From sequence record PV745554.1: a DNA stretch of 64,000 nucleotides. One strand, 5' to 3'. The translations under genes were made by a program, and so were the position numbers. Shown here piece after piece: positions 18,738 to 28,128 of this stretch. The notes beneath the pieces are model-generated. The model saw nothing but the letters and a program-made list of their open reading frames with translations, was not told the origin of the DNA and did no database searches. Numbering within the stretch: the first letter of the stretch is position 1; every line of letters begins with the position of its first letter.

Positions 18738-19365
18738 TCTCCTGCTGGGCGCCGGCGCGGCCGTCATCGCCGCCGGGGTCGCCCAGGCCCAACCGGTCCA
18801 CGTGTCGGAGGTCAAGCCGACGGCCTATTCGTGGTACTCCAGCTACGAGACGGGCATCCGCCAGCGCGACACCCACGACACCCGCTACACGATCCGCTGG
18901 GAGCAGGGCGCGATGCAGCACCCGCATGCCGCGCTCGTCAGGAAGTGGGTCCGCGAGACCATCGACAGCGGCTACCTCTACTGCTTCGGCGACATCCACT
19001 GGATGGATCGCAAGGTCCGCCTGGAAGACGTCCACATCGTCATCCGGCCGGGCAAGAAGGTCTGGAACCACGTCACCGGCTACACCGACGAGGAGGGCCT
19101 CCAGATCGAGGTCAACGAGGCTGGTGCGGTCTTCGCGCCGTTCGGCCTCGCCTCGACCCATGGCCTGACCTACGTCCGCGAGTCGATGCGCGACACCTAC
19201 TATGTCCGCAAGCCGTACCTGCGCTACGACGAGGAGCGCGAGCTTCGCTTCGCCCTGGGCGACGACCCGCAAGGCTACCGCGCGCCGAACTCCAAGGTCG
19301 GCTTTGACGACCGGATGTGGACCGAGGTCCTGAAGGACCTGGAAGCCAAGAAGGCCCAGGCCTGA
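18724..19365 (+). CDS. putative Tat-exported protein
   Basis: MNRRNLLLGAGAAVIAAGVAQA twin-arginine signal with AxA site. Confidence 0.75.
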   Translation: MNRRNLLLGAGAAVIAAGVAQAQPVHVSEVKPTAYSWYSSYETGIRQRDTHDTRYTIRWEQGAMQHPHAALVRKWVRETIDSGYLYCFGDIHWMDRKVRLEDVHIVIRPGKKVWNHVTGYTDEEGLQIEVNEAGAVFAPFGLASTHGLTYVRESMRDTYYVRKPYLRYDEERELRFALGDDPQGYRAPNSKVGFDDRMWTEVLKDLEAKKAQA

Positions 19366-19862
19366 TGATCCGCTCCCGCAACGAGCCGCCCGAGGTCACC
19401 GCCGGCAAGATGCAGGAGCGGTGGGCCGCCCAGAGAGCGAGCATCCATGGGATGCTCTGCCTACCACACACCCTGAACGCCAACTGGCAGCAGGTCAGCG
19501 CGATGATCTGGGCGCACTGCGACGGGCGGGTGGTCGGCGAGTGGCAGGACCGCCCGGTGCCGGGTTGGACAGCCGAGCATATCCAGGCGCCGTTCGACAT
19601 CTGCATGGTTCAGGACCCGAACGCCAAGACCCTCCAGGACGCCGATCTGGCGCTGCGGATGATCACCACCCTCCTGCCCGACGCGGCCCTTGAGATCAAG
19701 AAGTGCAAGGGGCGGGACGGCGAGTGGGAGACGCTGATTGACACCCGTTGCGCCCAGGTCGCCAAGCATCGGGGGATGATCTGGGGCTTTGGTCCTGGCA
19801 TCGCCCTGGCGACGTGGCGCGCCTACTTCAGCTACCTTCAGAAGGAGCCCACCTATGACTGA
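19365..19862 (+). CDS. hypothetical protein
   Basis: TGATG coupling. Confidence 0.7.
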   Translation: MIRSRNEPPEVTAGKMQERWAAQRASIHGMLCLPHTLNANWQQVSAMIWAHCDGRVVGEWQDRPVPGWTAEHIQAPFDICMVQDPNAKTLQDADLALRMITTLLPDAALEIKKCKGRDGEWETLIDTRCAQVAKHRGMIWGFGPGIALATWRAYFSYLQKEPTYD

Positions 19863-20076
19863 CATCTTCGACGAGGTCGAGCGCCGGCTGAACCGCAAGC
19901 GTCCGACCTTCTGGCTTCACCGGATCGCGATCGTGATCATCGTCGTCATCGGCCTGCTGGTCGTCGCCGGCGCCGCCATCCAGGTCTTCAATCCGACCCT
20001 GGCGATCCAGTGGCAAGCTCGTCAGGACGCGGCCTACGACCGCGCCTACGAGGAAGCCCGGCGGCGGGGCGAGTAA
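19855..20076 (+). CDS. small membrane protein
   Basis: One TM helix IAIVIIVVIGLLVVAGAAI. Confidence 0.75.
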   Translation: MTDIFDEVERRLNRKRPTFWLHRIAIVIIVVIGLLVVAGAAIQVFNPTLAIQWQARQDAAYDRAYEEARRRGE

Positions 20077-20558
20077 TGGCCGGCCCGCAGTACAACTGGG
20101 AGCCGGCTTCGACCGCCGACGGCGTCAAGCTGACCGAGCACGTGATCCGGGGCGAGATCGTCCCGATCTGCGTCGGCGCGTCGCTGCACGCGATCGAGAT
20201 GCACGCCATCATGGGCGAGCGGCTCTACCGGGCCTTTGGGACCATGTCCGGCGACGCCGACTGGACCCAGGCCGAGATCGGGACGCCCCAGACCCATCCG
20301 CTCGACGGGCAGGACCTCAACGCGCTGGATTACCACACCAGGGTCCGCGAGGAGTACCGCCGCGACATCGCCACGGCCGGCGGCCGGCACCTGATGATCT
20401 GCCGCAAGACCGACGATCTCCAGGAACTGCTCGCCCTGATCCCGATGGACCTGCGACGGCGTCACGAGATGGCCAACCTGATCACCCTGGTGGCGCGGAT
20501 GCTGCTCATCGAGAACACGCCGCGCACGCTCTCCGACTCCAAACTGAAGCGCTTCTGA
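20076..20558 (+). CDS. hypothetical protein
   Basis: TAATG coupling. Confidence 0.7.
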   Translation: MAGPQYNWEPASTADGVKLTEHVIRGEIVPICVGASLHAIEMHAIMGERLYRAFGTMSGDADWTQAEIGTPQTHPLDGQDLNALDYHTRVREEYRRDIATAGGRHLMICRKTDDLQELLALIPMDLRRRHEMANLITLVARMLLIENTPRTLSDSKLKRF

Positions 20559-20559
20559 C

Positions 20560-21099
20560 ATGATCTCCAACCGCCTCGACTTCACCAGCAACGATCTCTG
20601 GCCGCCCAAGGTCGACTACGAGATGAAGAAGCTGCGCTACGACACCGCGCTCGACGCGCTGGAGATCGTCCATCCCAAGAACCGCCTGGGCAACCGGGTC
20701 GACGTCTCCCACATCTGCTCCTACCTGATGAACGGCCGCGTCAAGGGCGTGCTCGACCACATCGCCAGCACCGGCGTCGAGGACCCGCGCGAGCAGACCT
20801 TCAAAATCCTGCGCATCCTGGAGAGCCAGGAGTTCGTCACCAATGACGGTGGCGATTGGTCGCTGACCGCCACGGGCGCGATCTGGCATCTGGTCGCTGA
20901 CAACCACCCTTCCGGCTGGGCCGAACTGGGCGCCCTGCTCCAGGACATCCGCCTGCAATGGTGGTCGCGCGCCGCGATCACCAAGGCCATCCAGGAAACC
21001 CGCTATTTTTCGCTGCGTCCGGGGCATGATGTGCTGAGCGTCGCCTTTGATCTCACGGCGCTTCAACAGCCGCTCGACGGGTGGAACGGATGGCGCTGA
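20560..21099 (+). CDS. hypothetical protein, winged-helix-like centre
   Basis: ILRILESQEFVTNDGGDWSLTATG. Confidence 0.7.
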   Translation: MISNRLDFTSNDLWPPKVDYEMKKLRYDTALDALEIVHPKNRLGNRVDVSHICSYLMNGRVKGVLDHIASTGVEDPREQTFKILRILESQEFVTNDGGDWSLTATGAIWHLVADNHPSGWAELGALLQDIRLQWWSRAAITKAIQETRYFSLRPGHDVLSVAFDLTALQQPLDGWNGWR

Positions 21100-21629
21100 G
21101 CGAGGAGGCCTGGGACAGCCTGATCCTCGACCTGCGCAACGCTGTCGAGGCCGAGGATCGCGAGGCCTGGGACGAGGCGATCCAGGCCCTGGAGAACGCC
21201 TTCGACGAGCATGTCGACGGCCCGCTGGAGACCCACCCCAACACCCTGGCCTGGAAGAAGAGCGCCGACGAACGCAAGCGCTTCCTGGCGGGCTGGTCGT
21301 ACTGGGGTAGCGGCGCCCGCGATGTGCCGGCCGAGTACAAGGGCGACATGGTCTTCAACCGGGGCCGCAGTGCCGCCGCCACCGCCCAGGACATGAGCGG
21401 CCTGCACCGGACCCTGGCGTCCTGCAAGCATCCGCAGTCCTACCGGATCGAAGGCGGCGACAATCTGCACCTGCCGCGCTACCCGGCGGTCTACGGCTCC
21501 TACGAGGTCCACATCTGCCGCCTCTGTCGCGGGTGGAAGACGATCGGCCACGGCGAGCGCCAATGGCACGAGGGGCCGTATTTCGACGCCTACGAGAAGG
21601 CGATGCGTGAGGAAGAGGAGCGCTGCTGA
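21090..21629 (+). CDS. hypothetical protein
   Basis: ORF coupled to the phosphatase gene. Confidence 0.7.
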   Translation: MALSEEAWDSLILDLRNAVEAEDREAWDEAIQALENAFDEHVDGPLETHPNTLAWKKSADERKRFLAGWSYWGSGARDVPAEYKGDMVFNRGRSAAATAQDMSGLHRTLASCKHPQSYRIEGGDNLHLPRYPAVYGSYEVHICRLCRGWKTIGHGERQWHEGPYFDAYEKAMREEEERC

Positions 21630-22321
21630 TGCTCTACGTGTTCGGGGACATCCACGGCCGCATGGACCTGCTGGAGAAGGCGCGCCACGCCATCCGTGTA
21701 CGCGGCGACGCCACGCGCATGATCTTCCTGGGCGACTATGTCGATCGCGGCCCGCAGAGCCGCGAGGTGGTCGAGGCCGTGATGGAGCTTCACCGCCAGG
21801 GCGAGATCGCCCTCAAGGGCAACCACGAGCAGATGATGGTCGATAGCTGGCGAATCGCCAACTACGGCGCGCTCTCCAAGATGTGGGTCAGCAACGGCGG
21901 CAAGCAGACCCTGAAGTCCTACGGCGCCGGCGACAACGCCTGGAACGCCCAGTGGGACATGATCCCCCAGGAGCATATCGACTGGATGGATGGCCTACCA
22001 ACCATGCACGTCACGCCCGGCCGGGTCTTCGTGCATGCCGGGCTGATGCCGGGCGTCCCGCTTGAGCAGCAGGACGAGGAGTGGACCCTGTGGATCAGGG
22101 ACCGCTTCCTGCTGGGCAAGCCGGGCGACTTCACCCACCACGTGATCCACGGCCACACCCACACCGTGCCGGTCTTCAAGGAGGAGCCGTCCGAGCCGGA
22201 GCTTCTGCCCCACCGGACCAACCTCGACACCGGCGCGTTCTTCACCGGCGTCCTGGGCGTGGGCGTCTTCGATCCGGACGAGACGGCCGGCCCGGTCGAG
22301 GTGCTCAAGATCACGGTGTGA
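21629..22321 (+). CDS. calcineurin-like metallophosphoesterase (Ser/Thr protein phosphatase, lambda NinI/PrpA-like)
   Basis: GDIHG, GDYVDRG, GNHE, FVHAG, HGHT, NLDTG motifs. Confidence 0.95.
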   Translation: MLYVFGDIHGRMDLLEKARHAIRVRGDATRMIFLGDYVDRGPQSREVVEAVMELHRQGEIALKGNHEQMMVDSWRIANYGALSKMWVSNGGKQTLKSYGAGDNAWNAQWDMIPQEHIDWMDGLPTMHVTPGRVFVHAGLMPGVPLEQQDEEWTLWIRDRFLLGKPGDFTHHVIHGHTHTVPVFKEEPSEPELLPHRTNLDTGAFFTGVLGVGVFDPDETAGPVEVLKITV

Positions 22322-22323
22322 CG

Positions 22324-22938
22324 ATGTCGTTTCTGGACCGCATGCGCGAGTACATCACGGCCGACCTGAAGATCGTGGAGCACCTCACCCGCCGGTTCAG
22401 CCGGAAGCCGGAGGAGCCCGTGACCGGGATCGCGCCCCAGCCGATGACGCCGAACTGGGGCAACGTTCTTCCGCAATTGCCTCTGGCCGGCGTCGGCGGT
22501 GGTGGCGGGACATCGCACTTCTACTACCCCGGCGTCGGCGGTGGTGGCGGCTATGTGAGTGGCGGCGGTGGCGGCGGGGCCAGCGGCTCGTCGGGGCAGG
22601 TCCTCGCCTACGACAGCGGGAACGCGGCCTGGGTGCCCGCCCCGCCCCCGACGAAGGTGAAGGCCAACAAGCCGGCAGGGAGCTTCAAGGACCTCAACGC
22701 GACCGAGGAAGCGGTGGTCCACAATGTCGCGCAGTACGAGGGGACCGAACTCGTGCGCGAGAAGGACGGGACGTTCTCCTATTGCCGCAAAAGCGTGGCC
22801 TTGGGCAAGGACCGCGTTCGATCCCGCACGGTCAACGTGTTGATCAAGAAGAAGTTTCTGGACGTGATCGAGTTCGGGGAGCGCGGCGAGGCCCTAGTCT
22901 GCGGGCTCGGCTCCAACATCATGGTCCACGGCCGCTAG
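22324..22938 (+). CDS. hypothetical protein with Gly-rich linker
   Basis: Poly-Gly tract, C-terminal RSRTVNVLIKKKFLDV. Confidence 0.7.
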   Translation: MSFLDRMREYITADLKIVEHLTRRFSRKPEEPVTGIAPQPMTPNWGNVLPQLPLAGVGGGGGTSHFYYPGVGGGGGYVSGGGGGGASGSSGQVLAYDSGNAAWVPAPPPTKVKANKPAGSFKDLNATEEAVVHNVAQYEGTELVREKDGTFSYCRKSVALGKDRVRSRTVNVLIKKKFLDVIEFGERGEALVCGLGSNIMVHGR

Positions 22939-22945
22939 AAAGTGT

Positions 22946-23002
22946 TTGACAACACTCTCACGCCAACATAGAACCCTCCTCGACGACAACGAGGAGGGCC
23001 GC
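22946..23002 (+). promoter_or_regulatory. sigma70 promoter cassette with inverted 18-bp element in the spacer
   Basis: TTGACA-ACACTCTCACGCCAACA-TAGAAC; perfect CCCTCCTCG-ACGACAA-CGAGGAGGG hairpin. Confidence 0.9.
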
Positions 23003-23422
23003 ATGGCTTACGTAATTCCCGACCTGAGCACCTTCACCTTCACAGACCCGTCGGTGGAAAGCTTCGCCAGGGCCATGATCTCGATGATCGAGGCCAACCA
23101 AGCGATCATCGACGAGTTCGCCAAGAGCCTGATCGAGAACCCCGTGCGCGCGCTGGAGCGCAGCCTGTCCGTCAAGCTGGCCGCCGTCCGCCAGAGCGAA
23201 GCCAACGATGCCCTGGGCCACGTCCTGGACACGATGCTGCACGGCGACGACAAGACCTGGGCCTACATCAAGCTCGAAATTCAGCAGTCGCTGACCTATC
23301 ACGTGGTCTATGCCGCTTCCCATCCGTCGCGGTCGACCTGCGTCGAGACCAACGACATGGCGCGCTTCGAACTGCAAGCCAAGGCCGAGATGCTCGACCG
23401 CCTGACGAAGGGCCGCTTCTAA
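23003..23422 (+). CDS. hypothetical protein
   Basis: ATG after the cassette SD. Confidence 0.8.
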   Translation: MAYVIPDLSTFTFTDPSVESFARAMISMIEANQAIIDEFAKSLIENPVRALERSLSVKLAAVRQSEANDALGHVLDTMLHGDDKTWAYIKLEIQQSLTYHVVYAASHPSRSTCVETNDMARFELQAKAEMLDRLTKGRF

Positions 23423-23664
23423 TGCGCGGCGTCGAGGTCAACGAAAGCTATCAGACCGAGCAGCGCTCGTTCGATGGCCAACTCGCCGGCAAGTACGGCG
23501 CTGCCTCGGGCGGCCCGGACCTGACCCGTGAACAGTGGCAGGCGATGCAGCGGGCCGACCGCAAGCGCTTCGCCGGCTTCATCATGGGCGCCTTCGTGTT
23601 CATCTTCTGCCTGACCTGGGTGATCAACGATCTGACCCACTTCGGCGCGGCCCTGCCCTTCTAA
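23422..23664 (+). CDS. small membrane protein
   Basis: TM helix FAGFIMGAFVFIFCLTWVI. Confidence 0.7.
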   Translation: MRGVEVNESYQTEQRSFDGQLAGKYGAASGGPDLTREQWQAMQRADRKRFAGFIMGAFVFIFCLTWVINDLTHFGAALPF

Positions 23665-23675
23665 GCGAGGACCCC

Positions 23676-23981
23676 ATGACCCAGGCGCTGACCTTCGAAA
23701 CCACGTCGTCCCGGCTCGCCGTCGAGGTCAGCAGGGACGACTTCCTGGCCCTGACCGTCGCCGAGGAAATCCTGGCCAAGGGCAACTACTTGTCGCCCCA
23801 TCTCAGCGCCCGGCTGGAGAACATCAACGGCGTCTGGGAGGTCGAGTACAACGGCCACTTCGGGGCCTACATCCACCTGACCCTGGACACCGAGGACGAC
23901 ACGCCCGAGGTGCGCCAGCAGATCGCCGACATCATCACCGACCAACTGGCCAAGGCCAGGGTCTGGAAGCGGGAGCGCTAG
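23676..23981 (+). CDS. hypothetical protein
   Basis: ATG after GAGG. Confidence 0.75.
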   Translation: MTQALTFETTSSRLAVEVSRDDFLALTVAEEILAKGNYLSPHLSARLENINGVWEVEYNGHFGAYIHLTLDTEDDTPEVRQQIADIITDQLAKARVWKRER

Positions 23982-23982
23982 G

Positions 23983-24366
23983 ATGCAGAGCCACGATCAG
24001 CGCCTCGCCGAGGCCCTCGCCATCACCACCCAGCGCCCGGCCTGGATCGAGAAGAAGGGTGATCGCTACCACGTCATCACCAAGGGCGTGCTGTTCCCCA
24101 ACACGCGCAATGCCATCCACAAGACCTGGAGCCGCCGCGCCGGCGCCCTGGCCTGCATCCAGCAGGACGGCTACACCCTCCTCGACGGCGACTGCCCGCT
24201 GCCGGAGGTGACCCAGGCCCAGCGCGACGCTTATCAGTTCCAGGGCGCCGAGCGGCGCGAGGCCGTCGAGATGCTGAGCCGCGAACTGGGCATCCACCAG
24301 GACGAAATCCGCCGCGCGCTGCGCAACCTCGAAGGCAAGGGCCTGATTCAGTTCGGAGACCGCTGA
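23983..24366 (+). CDS. hypothetical protein with C-terminal HTH
   Basis: LSRELGIHQDEIRRALRNLEGKGLI. Confidence 0.75.
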   Translation: MQSHDQRLAEALAITTQRPAWIEKKGDRYHVITKGVLFPNTRNAIHKTWSRRAGALACIQQDGYTLLDGDCPLPEVTQAQRDAYQFQGAERREAVEMLSRELGIHQDEIRRALRNLEGKGLIQFGDR

Positions 24367-24677
24367 TGAAGATTCTGACCTTCGCCCAGTTCGTCGCCCT
24401 GCCCGACGGCGTCCTCTACCAGGAGGTCGACGAGTACGGCAATTTCATCGGAAGCCTGTCGATCCGCCAGGGCGTCTATTACGACCCCGCTGACGGCCGC
24501 CCGATGGACTTCGTCTACGAGGAAGTCCTCGCCGCGATCGCGGACGCCGAGATGGGCGCGCCGCTGACCGTGGAGCAGCCGGGCACGCGGCGCTGGGGCC
24601 TGTTCGACTACGAGACGCGGTTCATCGTCTATGAGGACGACGACCGCAAGGCCCTGGCCGCCAAACTCCTCGGCTGA
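24366..24677 (+). CDS. hypothetical protein
   Basis: TGATG coupling. Confidence 0.75.
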   Translation: MKILTFAQFVALPDGVLYQEVDEYGNFIGSLSIRQGVYYDPADGRPMDFVYEEVLAAIADAEMGAPLTVEQPGTRRWGLFDYETRFIVYEDDDRKALAAKLLG

Positions 24678-24682
24678 GCAGC

Positions 24683-24753
24683 TTGGCGTTTGTGTGTTGA
24701 CAGCATCAGTCCGGTTCTGTAGACCTCTGCTCGACGACAACGAGGAGGCCCCC
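24683..24753 (+). promoter_or_regulatory. sigma70 promoter cassette
   Basis: TTGGCGTTTGTGTG-TTGACA-N17-TAGACC, GACGACAACG, AGGAGG. Confidence 0.85.
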
Positions 24754-24960
24754 ATGCCGCATCTGAGCAAACAGTCCTACAGCTTCGACTACACCAGCGA
24801 CGCCCTGGCGGCGGCCGGCGAGTTCGAGGCCCTGACGACCGAGTTCTACCGCTACGAGACGCGCTACCTCTACGACGCGGCGCGCGCGATCGTCGGCGTC
24901 GAGGTCCGCGTCATGGACGAGGACGGCTTCTTCGTCGGCTACGTGGCGGGCGAGGCCTAA
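24754..24960 (+). CDS. hypothetical protein
   Basis: ATG after the cassette SD. Confidence 0.75.
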   Translation: MPHLSKQSYSFDYTSDALAAAGEFEALTTEFYRYETRYLYDAARAIVGVEVRVMDEDGFFVGYVAGEA

Positions 24961-24963
24961 GCC

Positions 24964-25359
24964 ATGATCACCCACAACATCGATCCGCGCATCGGCGTCC
25001 TCAACTCGGGCGTCTACTATGCCTACGTCAACGGCTATCACCAGCCCGAGACGCGCGGCACGCTCGAAGAGGTCGAGATCGCCCTGGGCGTTCGCAAGCC
25101 CAAGCCCGCGCCGGCTCCCCTGGTGGAAGTCCAGGGCCGGGGCGGTCGCGTCTCGGTGCAGTTCGGCACCATCAACGGCAAGCCCCTGACCCTGACGATC
25201 AGCGAGGCCGACAGCGTCTGCGCCGACGTCGAGTGCGGGCGCCACGGCTGCTCGCTGTCACTGCTGGACGACTTCGGCACCATCGGCGAGGACGGCCCCA
25301 AGGTGTCCCAGAAGACCATCGACAAGATGATCGACTGGGCGCTGACGAAGGGCTGGTGA
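24964..25359 (+). CDS. hypothetical protein
   Basis: 131-aa ORF, typical codon use. Confidence 0.75.
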   Translation: MITHNIDPRIGVLNSGVYYAYVNGYHQPETRGTLEEVEIALGVRKPKPAPAPLVEVQGRGGRVSVQFGTINGKPLTLTISEADSVCADVECGRHGCSLSLLDDFGTIGEDGPKVSQKTIDKMIDWALTKGW

Positions 25360-25568
25360 TGAGCAGCACGCGCATCGCCGCCGAGGTCCTGGAGGCCATG
25401 AAGAGCACCAACGACCCGGCCCTCCAGGAGCGCCGCGTCGGCGCGGTCCTGGCCGAATATGCTGGCGATCCCGACACCTTCGATCTCGAAGGCCTGAGCC
25501 CGACGTCTCGGCGGATCGTCCACGAAACCACGCTGCACTGGCGGGCGTACCTGCGCCTCCGTGCATGA
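25359..25568 (+). CDS. hypothetical protein
   Basis: TGATG coupling. Confidence 0.65.
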   Translation: MSSTRIAAEVLEAMKSTNDPALQERRVGAVLAEYAGDPDTFDLEGLSPTSRRIVHETTLHWRAYLRLRA

Positions 25569-25594
25569 AATTTTAATCTGGAGAGGGCCTTAAG

Positions 25595-27631
25595 TTGCTG
25601 AATTTCCAACCGTTTAAGACGGCCGTCGCGGCGCAGTTCGCCAAGATGTCCAAGGGCCAACTCTACCGCGTCGAGGTCGACAAGGACCTCCTGTGGCAGA
25701 CCTACCTCGCCGCCTTCCCGCCGGGCACGGACCCGATGTTCCGCGCGCGCACCGAGCACAACTGCTCGTGCTGCCGCGCCTTCGTGCGCCAGGGCGGCGA
25801 CGTCGTGGCCATCGTCGACAACAAGATCGTCACCCTGTGGGACATCACCGTTCCGGGCGAGCCGGCCTACCAGCAGGTCGCCAACAGCCTCGCGGGCCTG
25901 ATCCGCTCGCGGCCGATCGCCGACGTCTTCCTGCACGACCAGAAGTCGATCGGCACCGACCGCAGCGTCGAGTCGCTGCTGGGCGGCGATGACGTGGTCT
26001 GGAACCACTTCTACTGCGACGTGCCCCAGCAGTTCGTCAAGAAGCGCACCGACATCCCCACGGCGCTGCACGGCCCGCGCATGGCGGCCGAGACGCTGCT
26101 GCGCGCGGTGACCGACATCAGCCGTGAGGCGGTCGAGACCGTGCTGGAACTGGTCGCCCAGAAGTCGGTCTACCGGATCGAGGAGCACAAGGCGACCGTC
26201 GAGGCCTTCCGGGCGATGCAGAACAGCTTCGCCGGCAAGACGGGCCTGGACGCGACGCTGCACGCCTGGACCACGGCCACCAAGGGCGAGGTCTGGGGCT
26301 CGGTGATCGGCATCAAGAACACCGTGATCGGCTCGCTGCTGCTCGACCTGTCGGGCGACATGGAGATCGAGGACGCGGTCAAGAAGTACGAGACCAAGGT
26401 CGCGCCGCAGAACTACAAGCGCACCTCGACGATCGCCACCAAGCGCCAGATCGAGGCCGCCAAGAAGACGCTGGAGGACCTGGGTCTGACCTCGGCCCTG
26501 GAGCGCCGCTACGCCGTCCTGACGGACGTGTCGATCAACGACGTCCTGTTCGCCGATCGCTCGGCCAAGGCGGCGCTGAGCGCGGACGTGTTCTCGGAGA
26601 TGGCGGCCGAGGTGGGCGAGAAGACCAAGTCGTTCGACAAGGTCGAGGAGGTCCCGATCGATCGCTTCCTGAGCGACATCCTGCCCAAGGTCACGTCGAT
26701 CGAGGCCCTGGTCGAGAACCGTCTGGCGGGCAACTTCGTCAGCCTGATCGCGCCCAAGAACCCGACGGCCGGCAACCTCTTCAAGTGGGGCAACAACTTC
26801 TCCTGGTCCTATGCCGGCGAGGTCGCGGACTCCATCAAGCAGCGCGTCAAGGCCGCTGGCGGTAACGTCTCGGGCGACCTCTGCTGCCGCCTGGGCTGGT
26901 TCAACCACGACGACCTCGACTTCCACATGTACGAGCCGGGCGGTGGTCACATCTTCTTCCGCGAGAAGGTCTCCGAGCGCACGCGTGGTCAACTCGACGT
27001 CGACATGAACGCCGGGCGCGGCACCACGCGCTCGCCGGTCGAGAACATCTTCTACGGCGACCGCAAGCGGATGAAGGAGGGCGTCTACGAACTGAAGGTC
27101 CACCAGTTCGATAACCGCGACGCCTCGCGCGATCCGGGCTTCGAGGTCGAGATCGACTACCTGGGCGCGGTGACCAAGTTCGCCTACGCCAAGGCCCTGC
27201 GCTACCAGGAATACGTCACGGTCGCCAAGTTCGAGTACAGCCACGCCGGCGGGATCAAAATCCTGTCGTCGCTGCCGTCGTCCTCGGCGAGCAAGGACGT
27301 CTGGGGCGTGAAGACCGAGACCTTCCGCAAGGTCAACGTCGTCATGCTGTCGCCCAACTTCTGGGACGGCGAGCCGGGCGTCGGCAACAAGCACTTCTTC
27401 TTCATGCTGGAGGGCGGCATCAACGAGGACGGCGCGCGCGGCTTCTACAACGAGTTCCTCAAGGACTCGCTGAGCCCGCACCGCCGCGTCTTCGAGATGC
27501 TGGGCTCCAAGCTGAAGCCCGCGCCGGCCGCCGAGCAACTCTCGGGCCTGGGCTTCTCGTCGTCCAAGCCCGACACCCTGACCGTCAAGGTCTCGGGCGC
27601 CTTCACCCGCGTTCTGAAAATCAAGTTCTAG
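25595..27631 (+). CDS. large uncharacterised phage protein with N-terminal HNCSCC motif and C-terminal YfaP/DUF2135-like domain
   Basis: 678 aa; LGWFNHDDLDFHMYEPGG...GQLDVDMNAG...PVENI...EGVY. Confidence 0.8.
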   Translation: MLNFQPFKTAVAAQFAKMSKGQLYRVEVDKDLLWQTYLAAFPPGTDPMFRARTEHNCSCCRAFVRQGGDVVAIVDNKIVTLWDITVPGEPAYQQVANSLAGLIRSRPIADVFLHDQKSIGTDRSVESLLGGDDVVWNHFYCDVPQQFVKKRTDIPTALHGPRMAAETLLRAVTDISREAVETVLELVAQKSVYRIEEHKATVEAFRAMQNSFAGKTGLDATLHAWTTATKGEVWGSVIGIKNTVIGSLLLDLSGDMEIEDAVKKYETKVAPQNYKRTSTIATKRQIEAAKKTLEDLGLTSALERRYAVLTDVSINDVLFADRSAKAALSADVFSEMAAEVGEKTKSFDKVEEVPIDRFLSDILPKVTSIEALVENRLAGNFVSLIAPKNPTAGNLFKWGNNFSWSYAGEVADSIKQRVKAAGGNVSGDLCCRLGWFNHDDLDFHMYEPGGGHIFFREKVSERTRGQLDVDMNAGRGTTRSPVENIFYGDRKRMKEGVYELKVHQFDNRDASRDPGFEVEIDYLGAVTKFAYAKALRYQEYVTVAKFEYSHAGGIKILSSLPSSSASKDVWGVKTETFRKVNVVMLSPNFWDGEPGVGNKHFFFMLEGGINEDGARGFYNEFLKDSLSPHRRVFEMLGSKLKPAPAAEQLSGLGFSSSKPDTLTVKVSGAFTRVLKIKF

Positions 27632-27643
27632 GAAAGGAAGACC

Positions 27644-28060
27644 ATGGAAAACATCTTCGAAGTCGCCTCGCGCGAAAAGTACCGCTACGAGTCCGCCAAG
27701 GGCCTCATCTCGACCGAGGACCTGTGGGACCTGCCGCTGACCAGCGACACGGGCAAGGCCAACCTGAACGACATCGCCGTGGCCCTGTTCAAGCAGGTCA
27801 AGGACCTGGACGACATCTCGTTCGTCAAGCCCAAGACGCTCGACAAGACCGTCGCCCCGCGCCTGGAGATCGTCAAGGCGGTGATCGCCTACCGCCAGGA
27901 CGAGAACCGCAAGAAGCTGGAAGCCAACACCAAGCGCGAGACCGCCCGCATCCTGCAAGAAGCCATCAGCGCCAAGCGCTCCGAGAAGATCGCCGGCACC
28001 CCGCTGGAAGAACTCGAAGCGCAACTAGCCGCGCTGAAGGCCGAGGGCGTCGAGGCCTAA
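27644..28060 (+). CDS. helical hypothetical protein, partner of the upstream gene
   Basis: ATG after AGGAAG; KGLISTEDLWDLPL motif and coiled-coil tail. Confidence 0.8.
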   Translation: MENIFEVASREKYRYESAKGLISTEDLWDLPLTSDTGKANLNDIAVALFKQVKDLDDISFVKPKTLDKTVAPRLEIVKAVIAYRQDENRKKLEANTKRETARILQEAISAKRSEKIAGTPLEELEAQLAALKAEGVEA

Positions 28061-28067
28061 TCGGCTG

Positions 28068-28128
28068 TTGACAACACTCTAACGCCAACATAGAAGGGCC
28101 TCCGACGACAACGCCGGAGGCCTTTTTC
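28068..28128 (+). promoter_or_regulatory. sigma70 promoter cassette with inverted 18-bp element and terminator-like hairpin
   Basis: TTGACA-ACACTCTAACGCCAACA-TAGAAG; GGCCTCCG-ACGACAACGC-CGGAGGCC-TTTTT. Confidence 0.88.

Noticed and set aside
22490-22580. GGCGTCGGCGGTGGTGGCGG direct repeats
   Set aside because: They are explained by a Gly-rich coding linker.
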